Shown here: positions 9,724-20,742 of the stretch, in pieces
Position numbering within the stretch: position 1 is the stretch's first letter
Layout of the letters: each line of letters starts with the position of its first letter
From: an uncultured Actinomycetota bacterium
Lineage (GTDB): Bacteria > Actinomycetota > Actinomycetes > JAHEKZ01
Length of the DNA: 64,000 nt
Assembly: GCA_963743915.1 (NCBI GenBank)
Contig: CAVURN010000003.1
Span: forward strand, 128,001-192,000
Reading direction: 5' to 3'
Notes under the pieces: generated by a model
Database searches by the model: none
Seen by the model: only the letters and a program-made list of their open reading frames with translations
What the model was told of the DNA's origin: nothing
Program-made: the position numbers and the translations under genes

Positions 9724-12211
9724 TCAGACGCCGACGCGCGCCGGCTCGTCCGGCTCGATGTCCTCGATCTCGGACGCGCCGGCCTCGATGTCCTCGTCGG
9801 ACTCGACGGAGACGTGCGGCAGCACCCGGTCCAGCCAGCCCGGCAGCCACCAGTTCGCCTTGCCCAGGATGGCCATCAGCGACGGCACCAGCACGAGACG
9901 CACGACGAACGCGTCCAGCAGCACCGCCGTCGACAGCGCGACTCCGAACAGCTTGATGATCGGGTCGTTGCCCAGGACGAACGCACCGAAGACGCTGGTC
10001 ATGATGGCGGCGGCGATCGCGACGACGCGTCCGGAGCCGGCCAGACCACGGCGGACCGCCTTGCGGTTGTCGCCGGTGTGCAGCCACTCCTCGTGCATCC
10101 GGCTGACCAGGAACACCTGGTAGTCGCAGGACAGCCCGAAGAGGATCGCGAACACCATGATCGGCAGGAACGGGAAGATCGGGCCGGTCGCCTGCAGGTT
10201 GATCAGGTCGCCGAACCAGCCCCACTGGAAGACCGCGACGGTGATGCCCATCGCCGCCGCCAGCGACAGCAGGCTCGACAGCGCCCCGGTCGCCGCCACC
10301 GTCACCGAGCGGAACAGCACCACGAGGGCCAGGAAGCCCAGGCCGACGACGATCAGCAGGAACCACGGCAGTGCGTCGGTCAGCACCTTGGTGAAGTCCA
10401 CCGTCACCGCCTGGAAGCCACCGACGTACGCCTGCGCACCGGTGTCGGCCTCGACGCGCCGGGATGATGTCGTCGCGGACGTGGAAGAGCAGATCCGTGG
10501 TCGCCTCGTCCTGCGGCGCGGTCGTCGGGTACAGCTGGATCGGCACGACGGTGGCGTCCTCGGCCACCGGCGGTGCCGCCGCGAGCGCCACACCCGGGTC
10601 GGCCATCAGCGCGTCGGTGAGCTGAGTCGACCGCGTCCTGGTTGCCTGCTTCGGGCAGCTCCACGGCGATGTAGAACGGTCCGTTGACGCCGGGGCCGAA
10701 TCCCTCGGCGGTCAGGTCGTAGGCGATGCGCGGCGGCGTGCCCGGCGCCGTGCCGCCGTCGTCGGAGAAGCCCAGGCGCAGCGACAGCATCGGGATGGCG
10801 ATCACCAGCATCACGATCAGCGCGATGCTGCCCAGCAGCCACGGACGCCCCTGCAGCCAGTTGCCGTAGCGCGCGAAGGCGCTCGGGTGGTGCAGCTCCG
10901 GAGCCTTGCCGCCCTTCACGAACCGGCGGTACAGCCAGCCGACGATGGTCACCGGCAGGACGAGCACCCAGCCGAGGTAGCGGAAGACGCGCCCGATCAC
11001 GTGCGGGACGCCGCTCAGGCGCTGACGCGGCACCGCCTCGCCGTCGGTGATCCACGCCATGCGTCCGGCGAAGGCCCAGGTGCCGAGCAGCGAGAGCACG
11101 GCCGGCAGGAGCAGCAGCGCGCCCGACCATCACCATGAACACGGTGGCTGCGGACGCGACCGCGATGCCGTTGAAGAAGTTGATCCGCATCACGAACAGG
11201 CCGAGCAGCGCGATGATCACCGTGGCTGCGGCGAACTGCACCGCGCGTCCGGACGTGCGGACGGACTCCAGCGCCGCCGCGCGCGGCTCGCGTCCGTGGA
11301 TGATCGCTTCGCGATAGCGGTTGATGACGAACAGCGAGTAGTCGATGCCGACACCGAGACCGATCATCGACGCCAGGATCGGCGCGAACAGGGCGACGTC
11401 GAGCTGGGCGGCGACCAGCGGCAGGACGAAACCGGTGCTGATCGCGACGGACACGGCCGCGGAGACGATCGGCAGCAGGGCCCCGGCCAGCGCACCGAAG
11501 GCGAAGAGCAGGATGACGAGCGCGACCGCGACACCGATGCTCTCCGACGACGGCTCCTCGCCCGAGACGAACGCGAAGACGCCGTTGGCGCCGACCTGCA
11601 GGCCGTCCTGACCGTTCTGCGCCTCGATGTGCTCGAGCGAGTCGAGAATGAGCTCGCTGTCGAGGTCGTCGAAGGTCTCGCCCTCGAAGGTGACCGTCGC
11701 GTAGGCGACATGGCCGTCGGGACTGACGCCGGCGGGGCCGAAGTGCGCCATGGCGCCCTGCGCGGCCTCCGACGGCTCCTCGGCGGGCTGCTCCTCCGCG
11801 GGAGGCTGTCCTCCCTGGTCGCCCTCGCCTGCGGTCGGCTGCTGCTCGGGGCAGTCGGTGCCGAGCGGGTCGCCGTAGGGACGCCACCACGCACAGGACG
11901 CCCTCGGACTTGGAGACCTCCGTCATCACCGCCGTCATCGGCTGCTGCACCGCGTCGTCGGTGACGGGGACGCTCTCGTCGTCCGGGCTCCAGACGATCT
12001 GGCCCTCCAGACCCGAGCCGGTGCCGGCCGAGCCGGACAGCTCGCTCAGCAGCTCCTGCGCGGTGGTCGACTCGGTGTCAGGCAGCTCGAAGTCGTCGTT
12101 GTACTCGCCGCCGAACTGGATGCTGAGGACGATGATCGCCGCCATCAGCGCGATCCAGGTGACCAGGGCCCACCATGGCTGGCGGACGGCCCATTGCGAG
12201 ATTCGGCCCAT
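9724..12211 (-). CDS. MMPL-family (RND) transporter (several frameshifts)
   Basis: MIGLGVGIDYSLF..RYRE, GFGPGVNGP, ILFGLSCDYQVFLVSRMHE, DAFVVRLVLVPSLM..ANWWLP. Confidence 0.9.
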
Positions 12212-12380
12212 GGAAGTGGCACTCCCCGAGGTGGTGGTGGTGGTGCGAACTGGCAGGTCGCGGTGACCAGTAGACCAGAAGTGCCGCTGAGCCCACCAGG
12301 GGTTTTTGATCTAGGTCGCGAGGAGCCCGGCTCCTGAGGCAGGCCGCCGCGAGATTCGGCCGATCCGCTAGGTTCGCGGG

Positions 12381-12473
12381 GTGGTCTACTACATCGGCGG
12401 CATCGCCATCGGCCTGGTTCTTCTCGTCGTGCTGATCATGGTCGGGGTCAAGGGGATGAAAGGCCGCCGTTAG
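12381..12473 (+). CDS. 30-aa single-TM small protein (leaderless)
   Basis: MVYYIGGIAIGLVLLVVLIMVGVKGMKGRR; TAGGTT -10 element 6 nt before GTG; a GGCCGCC hairpin overlaps the stop. Confidence 0.65.
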   Translation: MVYYIGGIAIGLVLLVVLIMVGVKGMKGRR

Positions 12474-12516
12474 GCGGCCAGACGCGTCGACAACCGAACC
12501 CCGCGGGGAGGGCTCC

Positions 12517-12723
12517 ATGCACCGGACTCGTTGGATCCTGGGCGCTGTCCTGCTCGCCGCCACCGCCGCAGCCGTGGCGCTGGCGCTGTCAGAGCTCCGC
12601 GAGAAGAAGCGTCAGGCCGACGTGGCCGTCCACGACATCGAGGCGCAGCTGGACGCCCTGGACCCGGTGACGCGGGCCGCCGTCATGGCCAGAGTGGGAG
12701 CGGACGCCGCACGCCGCCAGTGA
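12517..12723 (+). CDS. Small N-anchored membrane protein
   Basis: GGAGG RBS; N-terminal TM followed by a charged helix (IEAQLDALDPVTRAAV). Confidence 0.7.
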   Translation: MHRTRWILGAVLLAATAAAVALALSELREKKRQADVAVHDIEAQLDALDPVTRAAVMARVGADAARRQ

Positions 12724-12758
12724 CGATCGGCGCCGCCCACGGGCCAGGTTCGGCGCCC

Positions 12759-13259
12759 TCAGCCGTTCTGCGCCTTGATCTCCTTCTCGATCTCCTTGAA
12801 GGACGCGTCGACCTCACGCTTGGTCTCGCGGAGTGCGTGAAGCTCAGCCTTTTCGATGGCCTCGGAGATGGTCAGGTCACCGATCACCACGAGGGCGGCC
12901 TCGCCGGAGTCGATCAGCTCGCCGAGCTCCTTGACGTCGCTGCGCGACATGCCCTTCCAGAGGTGCCCACCGATGCCTCCGACCGCGCCACCGACGACGG
13001 CGGCACCGAGGATCGACGGCGGGAAGAGGATCCCGAGAACCGCGCCCACGCCCGCGCCGGCCCAGCCACCGGTGCGCGTGGCTGTCTCGTCCTTGGCCAC
13101 GTGCACCTTGCCCTTGTCGTCCTTGGTGACGACCGCGGCGTCGAAGCTGCCGACGGCGTCGACCATGTGCAGCGCCTTCACCACGTCGTAGTCAGCCTGC
13201 GCGGACGCCTCGTCGGCGTACACCGCGAGGTACAGGAACGTGCCGTCCTTCTCACTCAT
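12759..13259 (-). CDS. DUF1269-like glycine-zipper membrane protein
   Basis: DAAVVTKDDKGKVHV..GGWAGAGVGAVLGILFPPSILGAAVVGGAVGG..GEAALVV. Confidence 0.8.
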   Translation of the reverse strand: MSEKDGTFLYLAVYADEASAQADYDVVKALHMVDAVGSFDAAVVTKDDKGKVHVAKDETATRTGGWAGAGVGAVLGILFPPSILGAAVVGGAVGGIGGHLWKGMSRSDVKELGELIDSGEAALVVIGDLTISEAIEKAELHALRETKREVDASFKEIEKEIKAQNG

Positions 13260-13315
13260 CTGACTTCCTCTCACCCAGGGATGTATGTCCTATGACCAGC
13301 AATCTTGGCACTGAT

Positions 13316-14663
13316 TCAGTTCGAGGCGTCCCGCGGGTCGACCCGGGCCGGGTTGCGAGCGCGTCGTTCCCGGATCCAGCTCCAGAGGTACTCCAAGGCC
13401 GCGGCGAGGGCTAGGACACCCACCATGGCGACGAAGGTCTGCGGCTCCTCGCGCAGGGTCTGGATGGAGAACGCGATCAGAACCACGCTGGTGGCCAGGA
13501 TCGCGCTCCAGATCACCGACGTGCGCGATGAGGTCTCCTCACGTAGACGAAGCCCAGCCACTGCGACGACCAGGAAGATCGTGAGGGCCACGACACTGCC
13601 CAACGAGGCGATAGCGGAGAGGTCGACCAGGTTCGCCAGCAGCAACACCACGACGACCGAGATGGTCAGTCCCTTGGTGCTGCCAACCCGACCTGGTCGA
13701 GCGAAGACCGGAGGAAAGCTGCCGGCATCTGCGAGCGCTTGCGTCGAACCCACTGCGCCGTAGATGTTGGCGTTCACCGAAGAGGACGTCGCCAGCAGCG
13801 CGGCGACGCGCCATCATCGCGAAGCCCGCATGCCCCAAGCACGGGACGTGCCGCTTCGGCGAGAGCAGTCTCGCCGTTCGCGATGACTTCGTCGACCGAG
13901 AGGGTGCCGAAGACACCGATCGCCACCAGCACGTACAGAAGGGTGGTGATGCCAAGCGCCAGGTACATCGCCCCGGGCAGGTCGCGGGCCGGTCTCGGGA
14001 GGTCCCCCCCGGTGTAGCTGATCACCGCGAAACCAAGGAAAGCGAAGAAGGTCAGTGCGATGCTGGACAGGATGTCGGGTGCCGGCGGATACGTCGAACG
14101 AGCCAGCAGCTCCGGCTCGACCTGGGTCATCGTGGCGACCACGAAGACCGCGAACACGGCCAGCAGGACGATGACGATGACCGACTGGACGCGATCGATG
14201 AACGAGCTGCCCAGGATGTTCACCGCCGCCACCAGCAGCACGACCGTGGTGGTCATGACCGCGCGGCCACACCGTCCGAGGTGGAGTTCTCGAAGAAGAG
14301 CGCCGTTGCGTAGCTGCCGAAGGAGACGGCCACCATCGAGGTCACGATGATGGCGGCGAAGTACAGCAGCCAGGACACGATGCCAGTGAGCCGCCCGTTC
14401 CCGAAGCCCTGGAGCAAGAAGGTGACGATACCGCCCGACGAGGGGTAGCGAGCACCCAGCTTGGCCACGACGTACCCGAGCAATGCAGCCACCACGCCAC
14501 CGAGCAGGAAGGACAGCCAGACCGCAGATCCGGCGACCGCACCCGCTTCGCCGAGCAGCGCGAAGATACCGGCACCGACCATGGCACCCACGCCCATGAA
14601 GGCGGCACCACGAACGGTCATGCCACCACGCGGCCCCTCAGAGGCAGCGTCAGACGTCAGCAC
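13316..14663 (-). CDS. APC-family amino acid permease (frameshifted)
   Basis: GVGAMVGAGIFALLGEAG, YPSSGG, FFAFLGF, ALAEAARP across three frames. Confidence 0.85.
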
Positions 14664-16004
14664 CTGGACGGAGACCCTCGAGCAGCAGCACCTGGGCGAC
14701 CGTCATCCGCTCGATCTCGGTGGGATCGACCGACTCGTCGGACGCGTGGATGCGCGACTTGGCCACGTCCTCCGGTCCCCAGAGGATGAACTCCGCCCCC
14801 GGCGCGACATTCCTGCAGGGTCTTGAGCAGCGGGATGGACCCCCCAGAGCCCGCTTCGACCAGGAGCCTGTCCGTAGGCGGCCTCCAAGGCGGTCCGGGC
14901 GGCTGCATATGCAGGTCCGGTGGTGTCGCACCTGAAGGGCGGTGCCTCCTTGATGCGCTCGACGGTGACCTTCGCCCCCCATGGCGCATGCGACTCGACG
15001 TGCCTGACAAGCGCATCCAGCTCTCGCGTCGGTTCAGACCCAGGCACGATGCGCATCGAGATCTTCGCCTTCACCTCGGGGATCAGGACATTGGAGGATC
15101 CGGCGATGGACGTCATGTCGAGCCCGATGGCCGACACGGAGGGCTGCGACCACAGCATGCTGCCCACCGAGCCGCTTCCCGTGCTCTCGACTCCCGGCAG
15201 CATGTCGGCCGCCGCGGCGAGATCTGCCTTCGACATGTCGAGCCCGTCCCACTCGTAACGCGAGACACCCTCGACCGCGACGTTCCCCATCTCATCGTGC
15301 AACGTGGCCAGCAGGCGCGCCATGGCCACCATGGCGTCCGGAACCGGGCCACCAAAGACGCCCGAGTGCAGTGGGTGCTCGAGCGTGCTCACGGTCACGG
15401 TGCAGGCCACGTCACCTCGCAAGCTCGTGGTGAGCGTGGGCTCCCCGACTCGCAGGTTCCCCATATCGCAGACCACGAAGAGGTCGCACCGGAAGAGATC
15501 GGGGTTGGCCTCGACGAACGCCTCCAGGTTGCTGTTCGTCTCCTCCATTCCTTCGATGATCACCTTGATGGTGCATGGAGGCGAAGAGAGCGCCCGCAGC
15601 GTCCCCAGGTGGATCGCCAGCCCGCCCTTGTCGTCGGCCGCGCCGCGTCCGTAGATGCGACCGTCTTCCTTGGTCGTCGGAACCCAGGGGTCGCTCGTCC
15701 ACCCTTGCTCGGGGGGAGCCGGTTGGACGTCGTAGTGCGCATACAGCATCACCGTCGGCGAACCTTCTGGGCCCACGATCTCGCCGTAGATGGGCGGGTA
15801 GCCCGAGGGGACCTCCATGAGCCGAGCGTTGTCCACGCCGGCCGCACGCAGCAGATCGAGAGTGGTCTGCGCCATTTGGTGCACCGGCTCGGCCGGGTAG
15901 CCCGGGAACGCGATGGATGGGATCGCGACCAAGGCGCCCAGATCGTCCAGCACCTGTGGCATCAGCTCTGCAACTCGTTGCTGTACCTGGTCCAGCTCGC
16001 TCAT
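14650..16004 (-). CDS. M20-family metallopeptidase/dipeptidase (frameshift near 14850)
   Basis: LYAHYDVQP, YGRGAADDKG, IEGMEE, LHSGVFGG, GSGGSIP, IHASDES. Confidence 0.9.
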
Positions 16005-16026
16005 CGCAGCTCCTCCCTCGGTGGGA

Positions 16027-17365
16027 TCAGTAGAAGATCCCGGCGATCAGTGCACCGGTGATGATCGTCACTGCCGACATGATCAGCATCGGTACGAAGA
16101 ATGAGTGGTCGAGCATCTTCGTACCCAGCTTCGTGGTGCCGCTCTGGTCGAACTGCGCAGCGGCGATCTGGGTTCCGTTCGTCGGCAGAGCGTAGACACC
16201 GCCTAGGCCGCCGGCCCACAGGCCCGTGGCCATGGCCGGCGACAGCCCCGCGGCCAGACCGATCGGCACGATCGTTCTCGTCGCCGTCGATTGACTCGTC
16301 GTCAGGGCGGCCACCAGGAAGACGGCGAGAGCGAAGACGATTGTGTACTCGTTCACCCATCCGCCCACGGTCTCAACGATGTACTCCTCATGCGCCGCGA
16401 TGAAGGTCGCTGTCAACCAGGCGATTCCGAACAGGGCGATGGCTGCCACCATGCCTCCGGTGAAGACGGATGCACCGGGCACGTCGGACACCTTGGGCTT
16501 GCCGACAAGCAGGATGAGGACAGCCGCGGTGAACATGACCAGACCGATCGTCACGGTCATGTCGATCGGCACGACTTCGCCCTCCACCTTGAACGAGGGG
16601 CGGAGGTCTGGGAACAGGCCAAGCACGACGATCGCGAACACGCCGGCAAGGAACACGAGTGCCGAGTTGCGCCCCTCCTTGGTGCTGGTGAGCTCGATCT
16701 CCTCGCCCGCAGCACTCGGTGGCAGCAGCTCCCCGGAGGCGATCCGCGCCCGCACCTCGGATCGTCGTCCAGCTCCGGACCCATGCGTCCCACGATGAGC
16801 CCCGTGACGATGATTCCCACGACCACCGCCGGGATGGTGATTGACAGGATCTCGATGAGGTCGAAGTTGTACGGTGCCACCTCGGTGAGCGTCAACATTG
16901 CCGCCATCGCCGCAGAGACCGGCGATGCCGCCAACGCCATTCCCGACTGAACCACGGTGACGGTGAGGGGGCGCGAGGGGCGCACGTTGTTGCGGTAGGA
17001 CACGTCATAGATCACCGGTAGCAGTGGATACAGGATGTTGCCCGTTCCCGATCCGATGGTGAAGGCGAAAGCCGTGAGCGGGGCGATGGTCGTGATCTGT
17101 TTGGGGTGACGACGTATCACCGAGGCGGCAATCTTCACCATCCAGTCGATGCCGCCGGCCACTTGCATGAGTGCCGCCGCCGTGACCACCGTCAAGATGA
17201 TCAGCGGTGCGAGATGGGCGGCTCTCCCGGAGCCTCTCCGAAGACGAAGACCAGTACTGCGACCCCGAGGCCGCCCCAGACACCGATACCCACGCCACCG
17301 GCTCGGGTACCCATGACGATGCATCCGACGACGACAAGTGCCTCTAGAACGAATACGACGTCCAC
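16027..17365 (-). CDS. DcuA/B-family C4-dicarboxylate/aspartate transporter (frameshifted)
   Basis: GTRAGGVGIG, AGGIDWMV, GSGTGNILYPLLPVIYDV, ASPVSAA, FDQSGTTK..HSFFVP. Confidence 0.85.
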
Positions 17366-17400
17366 CTACGCTCCTCCGCTCCGGTATGGGCTACTGGTGC

Positions 17401-17817
17401 TCATCCGAGGTCGCACCCCGTCTGTAGGCGCTGCTCGAGGTTGGCGTAGGCAGTAGTCACGTCCGACCAGGTGTCCTCGATGAGCGGTCGAGCCGTCGCA
17501 AGATCTCCTTCATCGAGCTCGCTGAGCGAACGGCGGAGATCGTCCAATGCGGCCTGAAGGTCGGCAGCGGCTGTCTGCAGCGTCCCGTCGGCGGCGGCGC
17601 GCAACTGCTGGGTCTCGAGAATCACCGTCTCGACCCCATCGCGAATCTCGTCGGCAGTCGCCGTTGCCGGATCGAGATCACGCAGCTGGTCGACAGAAGC
17701 CTGCAGGTCGGCTGCTTGGTCGCACAGGGACTGGTCACGCGTGTCCGCGCAACCGGTCAGGGCGGCGGCGACGAGACATGCACCAGCGGCCCGGAGAACC
17801 AGTCTGCTGCTCGGCAT
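17401..17817 (-). CDS. Helical lipoprotein, hypothetical
   Basis: Lipobox LTGC; two further Cys (LC..GC) suggest a disulfide. Confidence 0.75.
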   Translation of the reverse strand: MPSSRLVLRAAGACLVAAALTGCADTRDQSLCDQAADLQASVDQLRDLDPATATADEIRDGVETVILETQQLRAAADGTLQTAAADLQAALDDLRRSLSELDEGDLATARPLIEDTWSDVTTAYANLEQRLQTGCDLG

Positions 17818-17921
17818 TGCTCCTCACGTCTCCTGTGTCGTGCTCACCGAGCGAATCTAGTCGGTCCCAGGCGAGCCAGTGCCACGATCGAAGGTCCCTG
17901 GCGGCACGTGTCGGATCCAGG

Positions 17922-18776
17922 TCAAGCCGTCGTGCCGTCGGTGGCTCGGCGTACCGATGCCCTGGCCGCCTCGACGGCCACTGTCCGCTGACGCTGCACA
18001 TCGGCTCCCACCTCAGCCCGTGCCGCCTCGACCAGCCCTAGCAGCGCGACGCGGAGCCCGTCCAGCGCGCCGCGGACGGTGTCCAGCCGCTGCTGTGCCG
18101 TCACGTTGGGAGCGGTGTCGCGAAGTAGGTACAGCTGTCGGTCCACGCTGCTGATCGTCGTCGACACTTGACTCCAGGCCTCGCTCATCTGGGCACTGGT
18201 CGGTGCCTCAAGGACGGAGCTGACCGGTTGTTCCACCAGCCACCGAGCCTCGGAGGTCGTGGCGTCGAAGTCGGACTGCCATGCGGCGACGCGACGACGC
18301 CTACCCAGCACCCACCAGATGACTCCACCCGCGATCGCCAGGACCAGGAGCAGCAACCACGGCCACCAGGGCGTCGACTCGGAGGGTTGGGCGGTCGGCT
18401 CTGTGGACCCGGACGGAGATGGCGCTGTCGACGGTTCGGTCGTCGTCGGCTCTGCCGTGGATTTGGTCGGCTCTGCCGTGGACTTGGTCGGCTCTGCCGT
18501 GGACTTGGTCGGCTCTGCCGTGGACTTGGTCGGCTCTGCCGTGGACTTGGTCGGCTCTGCCGTGGACTTGGTCGGCTCTGCCGTGGACTTGGTCGGCTCT
18601 GCCGTGCGCGAGGGCTCGATAGACGCGGAGGCACCCGGTCGCGAGGGGAGCTCGCTCGGTATCAGGCTGCGCGTCGGGGACCCGCTGGGTAGGTCGCCGA
18701 GATCTGGCGATTCTCCGTCGCCGCACCCGGTCAAGACGACAGCTGCCCCGATCAGGGCGATCGCGATCCGACGCAC
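17922..18776 (-). CDS. Lipoprotein with Thr/Pro/Ser repeat linker, internal TM and helical C-terminal domain
   Basis: Lipobox LTGC, (TAEPTKS)x7, WWPWLLLLVLAIAGGVIWWVLGRRRR; TATCCT -10 element 6 nt before GTG. Confidence 0.75.
   Translation of the reverse strand: MRRIAIALIGAAVVLTGCGDGESPDLGDLPSGSPTRSLIPSELPSRPGASASIEPSRTAEPTKSTAEPTKSTAEPTKSTAEPTKSTAEPTKSTAEPTKSTAEPTKSTAEPTTTEPSTAPSPSGSTEPTAQPSESTPWWPWLLLLVLAIAGGVIWWVLGRRRRVAAWQSDFDATTSEARWLVEQPVSSVLEAPTSAQMSEAWSQVSTTISSVDRQLYLLRDTAPNVTAQQRLDTVRGALDGLRVALLGLVEAARAEVGADVQRQRTVAVEAARASVRRATDGTTA
18445..18606. repeat. Coding tandem repeat, 21 bp x about 7.7
   Basis: Unit GTCGGCTCTGCCGTGGACTTG, nearly identical copies. Confidence 0.95.
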
Positions 18777-18880
18777 TGCCACAGGATAGCCCCGCGCCGC
18801 CGCTTCCCACTGGAGGCAGCGTCTCGCCACTAGCGTGGCATCGAGACCATGCACTGGGCCGGACAGAGAGTGGGTGGAGC

Positions 18881-20005
18881 GTGGCCGAAACGGTCGTCAC
18901 GGCCGACCCGAGCAGCGAGCGCACCCGCTCCACACGCGTGACGGGCTGGCTGCCGAGAGCGGGCGTGCTCGCTTGGAGCTTCATCGGCATCATCGTGGCT
19001 GCAGTGATCGTCACCTCTGCGTTGGCTGCGGTAAGCGAGATCGCTCTGCCCTTGACATTCGCTGCCGTATTGGCGGTCCTCTTCGAGCCGGCGGTCCGAA
19101 GACTGGTGCATCGTGGACTCCGACCGACCATTGCTTCTGGAACGGTCGTGCTGGCGCTGATCGCACTGATGGCGGGCGTGACCGTCGCCGTCGTCAACGG
19201 CGTGACTGCTCAAGCGGATCAGATCGGTGAGTCGGTGCAGGCGGCCATCGTGCGGGCGTCGGAGACCTTCAGTCTCGACACGTCCGCGCTCGAGTCGGCG
19301 CGAGCACAGTTCGAGAGTGCTGCCGCGGCCATGGGCGGCGGGTTCCTGACCCGGCTGGTCTCCGGCGTGAGCGGCGTCATCGGGTTCGCCAGCGGATGCA
19401 TCCTCGGTGCTCTGATCATGTACTACATGCTCAAGGACGGATCACGACTTCGGGGTGCACTAGTCCGCCTGTTCGACCCGGCTGCGCAACAGGATGTTGA
19501 CGACTTCGTCGGGGACGGGTGCCAGATCCTCCGCAGCTACGGGCGCGGCCGCACAGTGATGTCTGCCATCGTCTCCTTAGTCATCACGGCGATGAGTCTG
19601 ATCTTGGGACTCCCCTTGGTCTTCACTATCGCCGTCGTGAACTTCATCGGGGGGTACATCCCCTATATCGGTGCCTTCATCGGTGGTGGCTTGGCTGTGG
19701 TGATCGCCTTCGGCGAGGGTGGCTTGGCGGCGGCGGTCATCATGCTCGTCGTGGTCCTGACCGCCAATCTCCTGCTGGAGAACTTCGTCGAGCCGAAGGT
19801 CATGGGACGAACCCTCGACATCCACCCACTCGTCGTGCTGATCGTCACCGCGCTCGGCGGCCTGCTGGGCGGAATCGTCGGCCTGATCTTGGCCGTCCCG
19901 TTCACCCTGATCGCCGCCAACGCGGTCACGTATCTGCGCAGGAGCGGCGTCTTCGCACAGGTCGCGACTCGCGCAGAACCCGCCCTGGAGAAGATGCTCG
20001 ACTGA
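18881..20005 (+). CDS. AI-2E family transporter
   Basis: YYMLKDG, FIGGYIPYIGA, LLENFVEPKVMGRTLDIHPLVV, GLILAVP. Confidence 0.92.
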   Translation: MAETVVTADPSSERTRSTRVTGWLPRAGVLAWSFIGIIVAAVIVTSALAAVSEIALPLTFAAVLAVLFEPAVRRLVHRGLRPTIASGTVVLALIALMAGVTVAVVNGVTAQADQIGESVQAAIVRASETFSLDTSALESARAQFESAAAAMGGGFLTRLVSGVSGVIGFASGCILGALIMYYMLKDGSRLRGALVRLFDPAAQQDVDDFVGDGCQILRSYGRGRTVMSAIVSLVITAMSLILGLPLVFTIAVVNFIGGYIPYIGAFIGGGLAVVIAFGEGGLAAAVIMLVVVLTANLLLENFVEPKVMGRTLDIHPLVVLIVTALGGLLGGIVGLILAVPFTLIAANAVTYLRRSGVFAQVATRAEPALEKMLD

Positions 20006-20055
20006 CGGAACGGGCGTTCCGTGGGATGGACCCGGCGCATACGCGGGGCCGTTTC

Positions 20056-20481
20056 TCAGCCGCGTTCGGCGAGCGCCTGCTCGAGCAGATGGCGGTCCTC
20101 TGCGCCGAGCCACAGCTCGTCGAGCGGACGCCCGCCAGCACGGCCGATGGCGTCCACCAGCCCCTGCGCCCAGAGGTGCTCGAGCAGCACGACCACCGCC
20201 ACTCCGCCTTCCGGCACCGCATCGGCCAGCGACCACGAGTCCAGTGAGTCTGCCGTCGGCGTCGTGGTGCCGTCCGCACCCAGGAGCCGCCGAGCGACGG
20301 CGCCCTTCGGCAGGCCCTCGACCTCGAGGACGTCCAGGTCGCCGGAGGGGCCCCGCTTGACCACCAGCGCGTCGACGAGCCTCGCGATCCCGGCGTCCTC
20401 GAGCCGTCGGGCCTCAGCCAGTGCGTCGCCGGAGAACCGCGGCTCGTCGTACCCCAGGACGAGCACCTGCACCGGGCCCAT
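20056..20481 (-). CDS. DUF6325/DUF1269-like protein
   Basis: MGPVQVLVLGY..L..AGIARLVDALVVKR..VVVLLEHLWAQGLVDAIGRAGG. Confidence 0.75.
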   Translation of the reverse strand: MGPVQVLVLGYDEPRFSGDALAEARRLEDAGIARLVDALVVKRGPSGDLDVLEVEGLPKGAVARRLLGADGTTTPTADSLDSWSLADAVPEGGVAVVVLLEHLWAQGLVDAIGRAGGRPLDELWLGAEDRHLLEQALAERG

Positions 20482-20715
20482 CACTGTGCGATCCGGGCGC
20501 GAAGGGCCTCGTACTCGTCGTCGGTGACGGTGCCCTCGGCGTGCAGCGCATCGAGCATGGCGAGCCGCTCCTCCGCCGAGCGGAGCGGGCGCTTGCGCTG
20601 CCGGCCGCGCCGCGTGCTGCGCCGCGTACGCCTGACCGGGGGTGAGCCGACCGCCGTAGTAGGGCACGTCGCCGGTCATTCCCGACCGCATCAGCTGTCG
20701 TGGGACCAGGAGCAC
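20481..20715 (-). CDS. Small SHOCT-domain protein (frameshifted)
   Basis: C-terminus ERLAMLDALHAEGTVTDDEYEALRARI with stop at 20481-20483 overlapping the next ATG. Confidence 0.6.
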
Positions 20716-20742
20716 TGCGCACCTCCGTCCAGGTTCGTTCCT

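Noticed and set aside
13271-13287. TCACCC upstream of the DUF1269 gene as another regulon site
   Set aside because: The right half-site is absent, and it abuts the RBS only 12 bp from the start.
18445-18606. 21-bp repeat array as a CRISPR array
   Set aside because: No spacers, in-frame coding repeat, and no cas genes.
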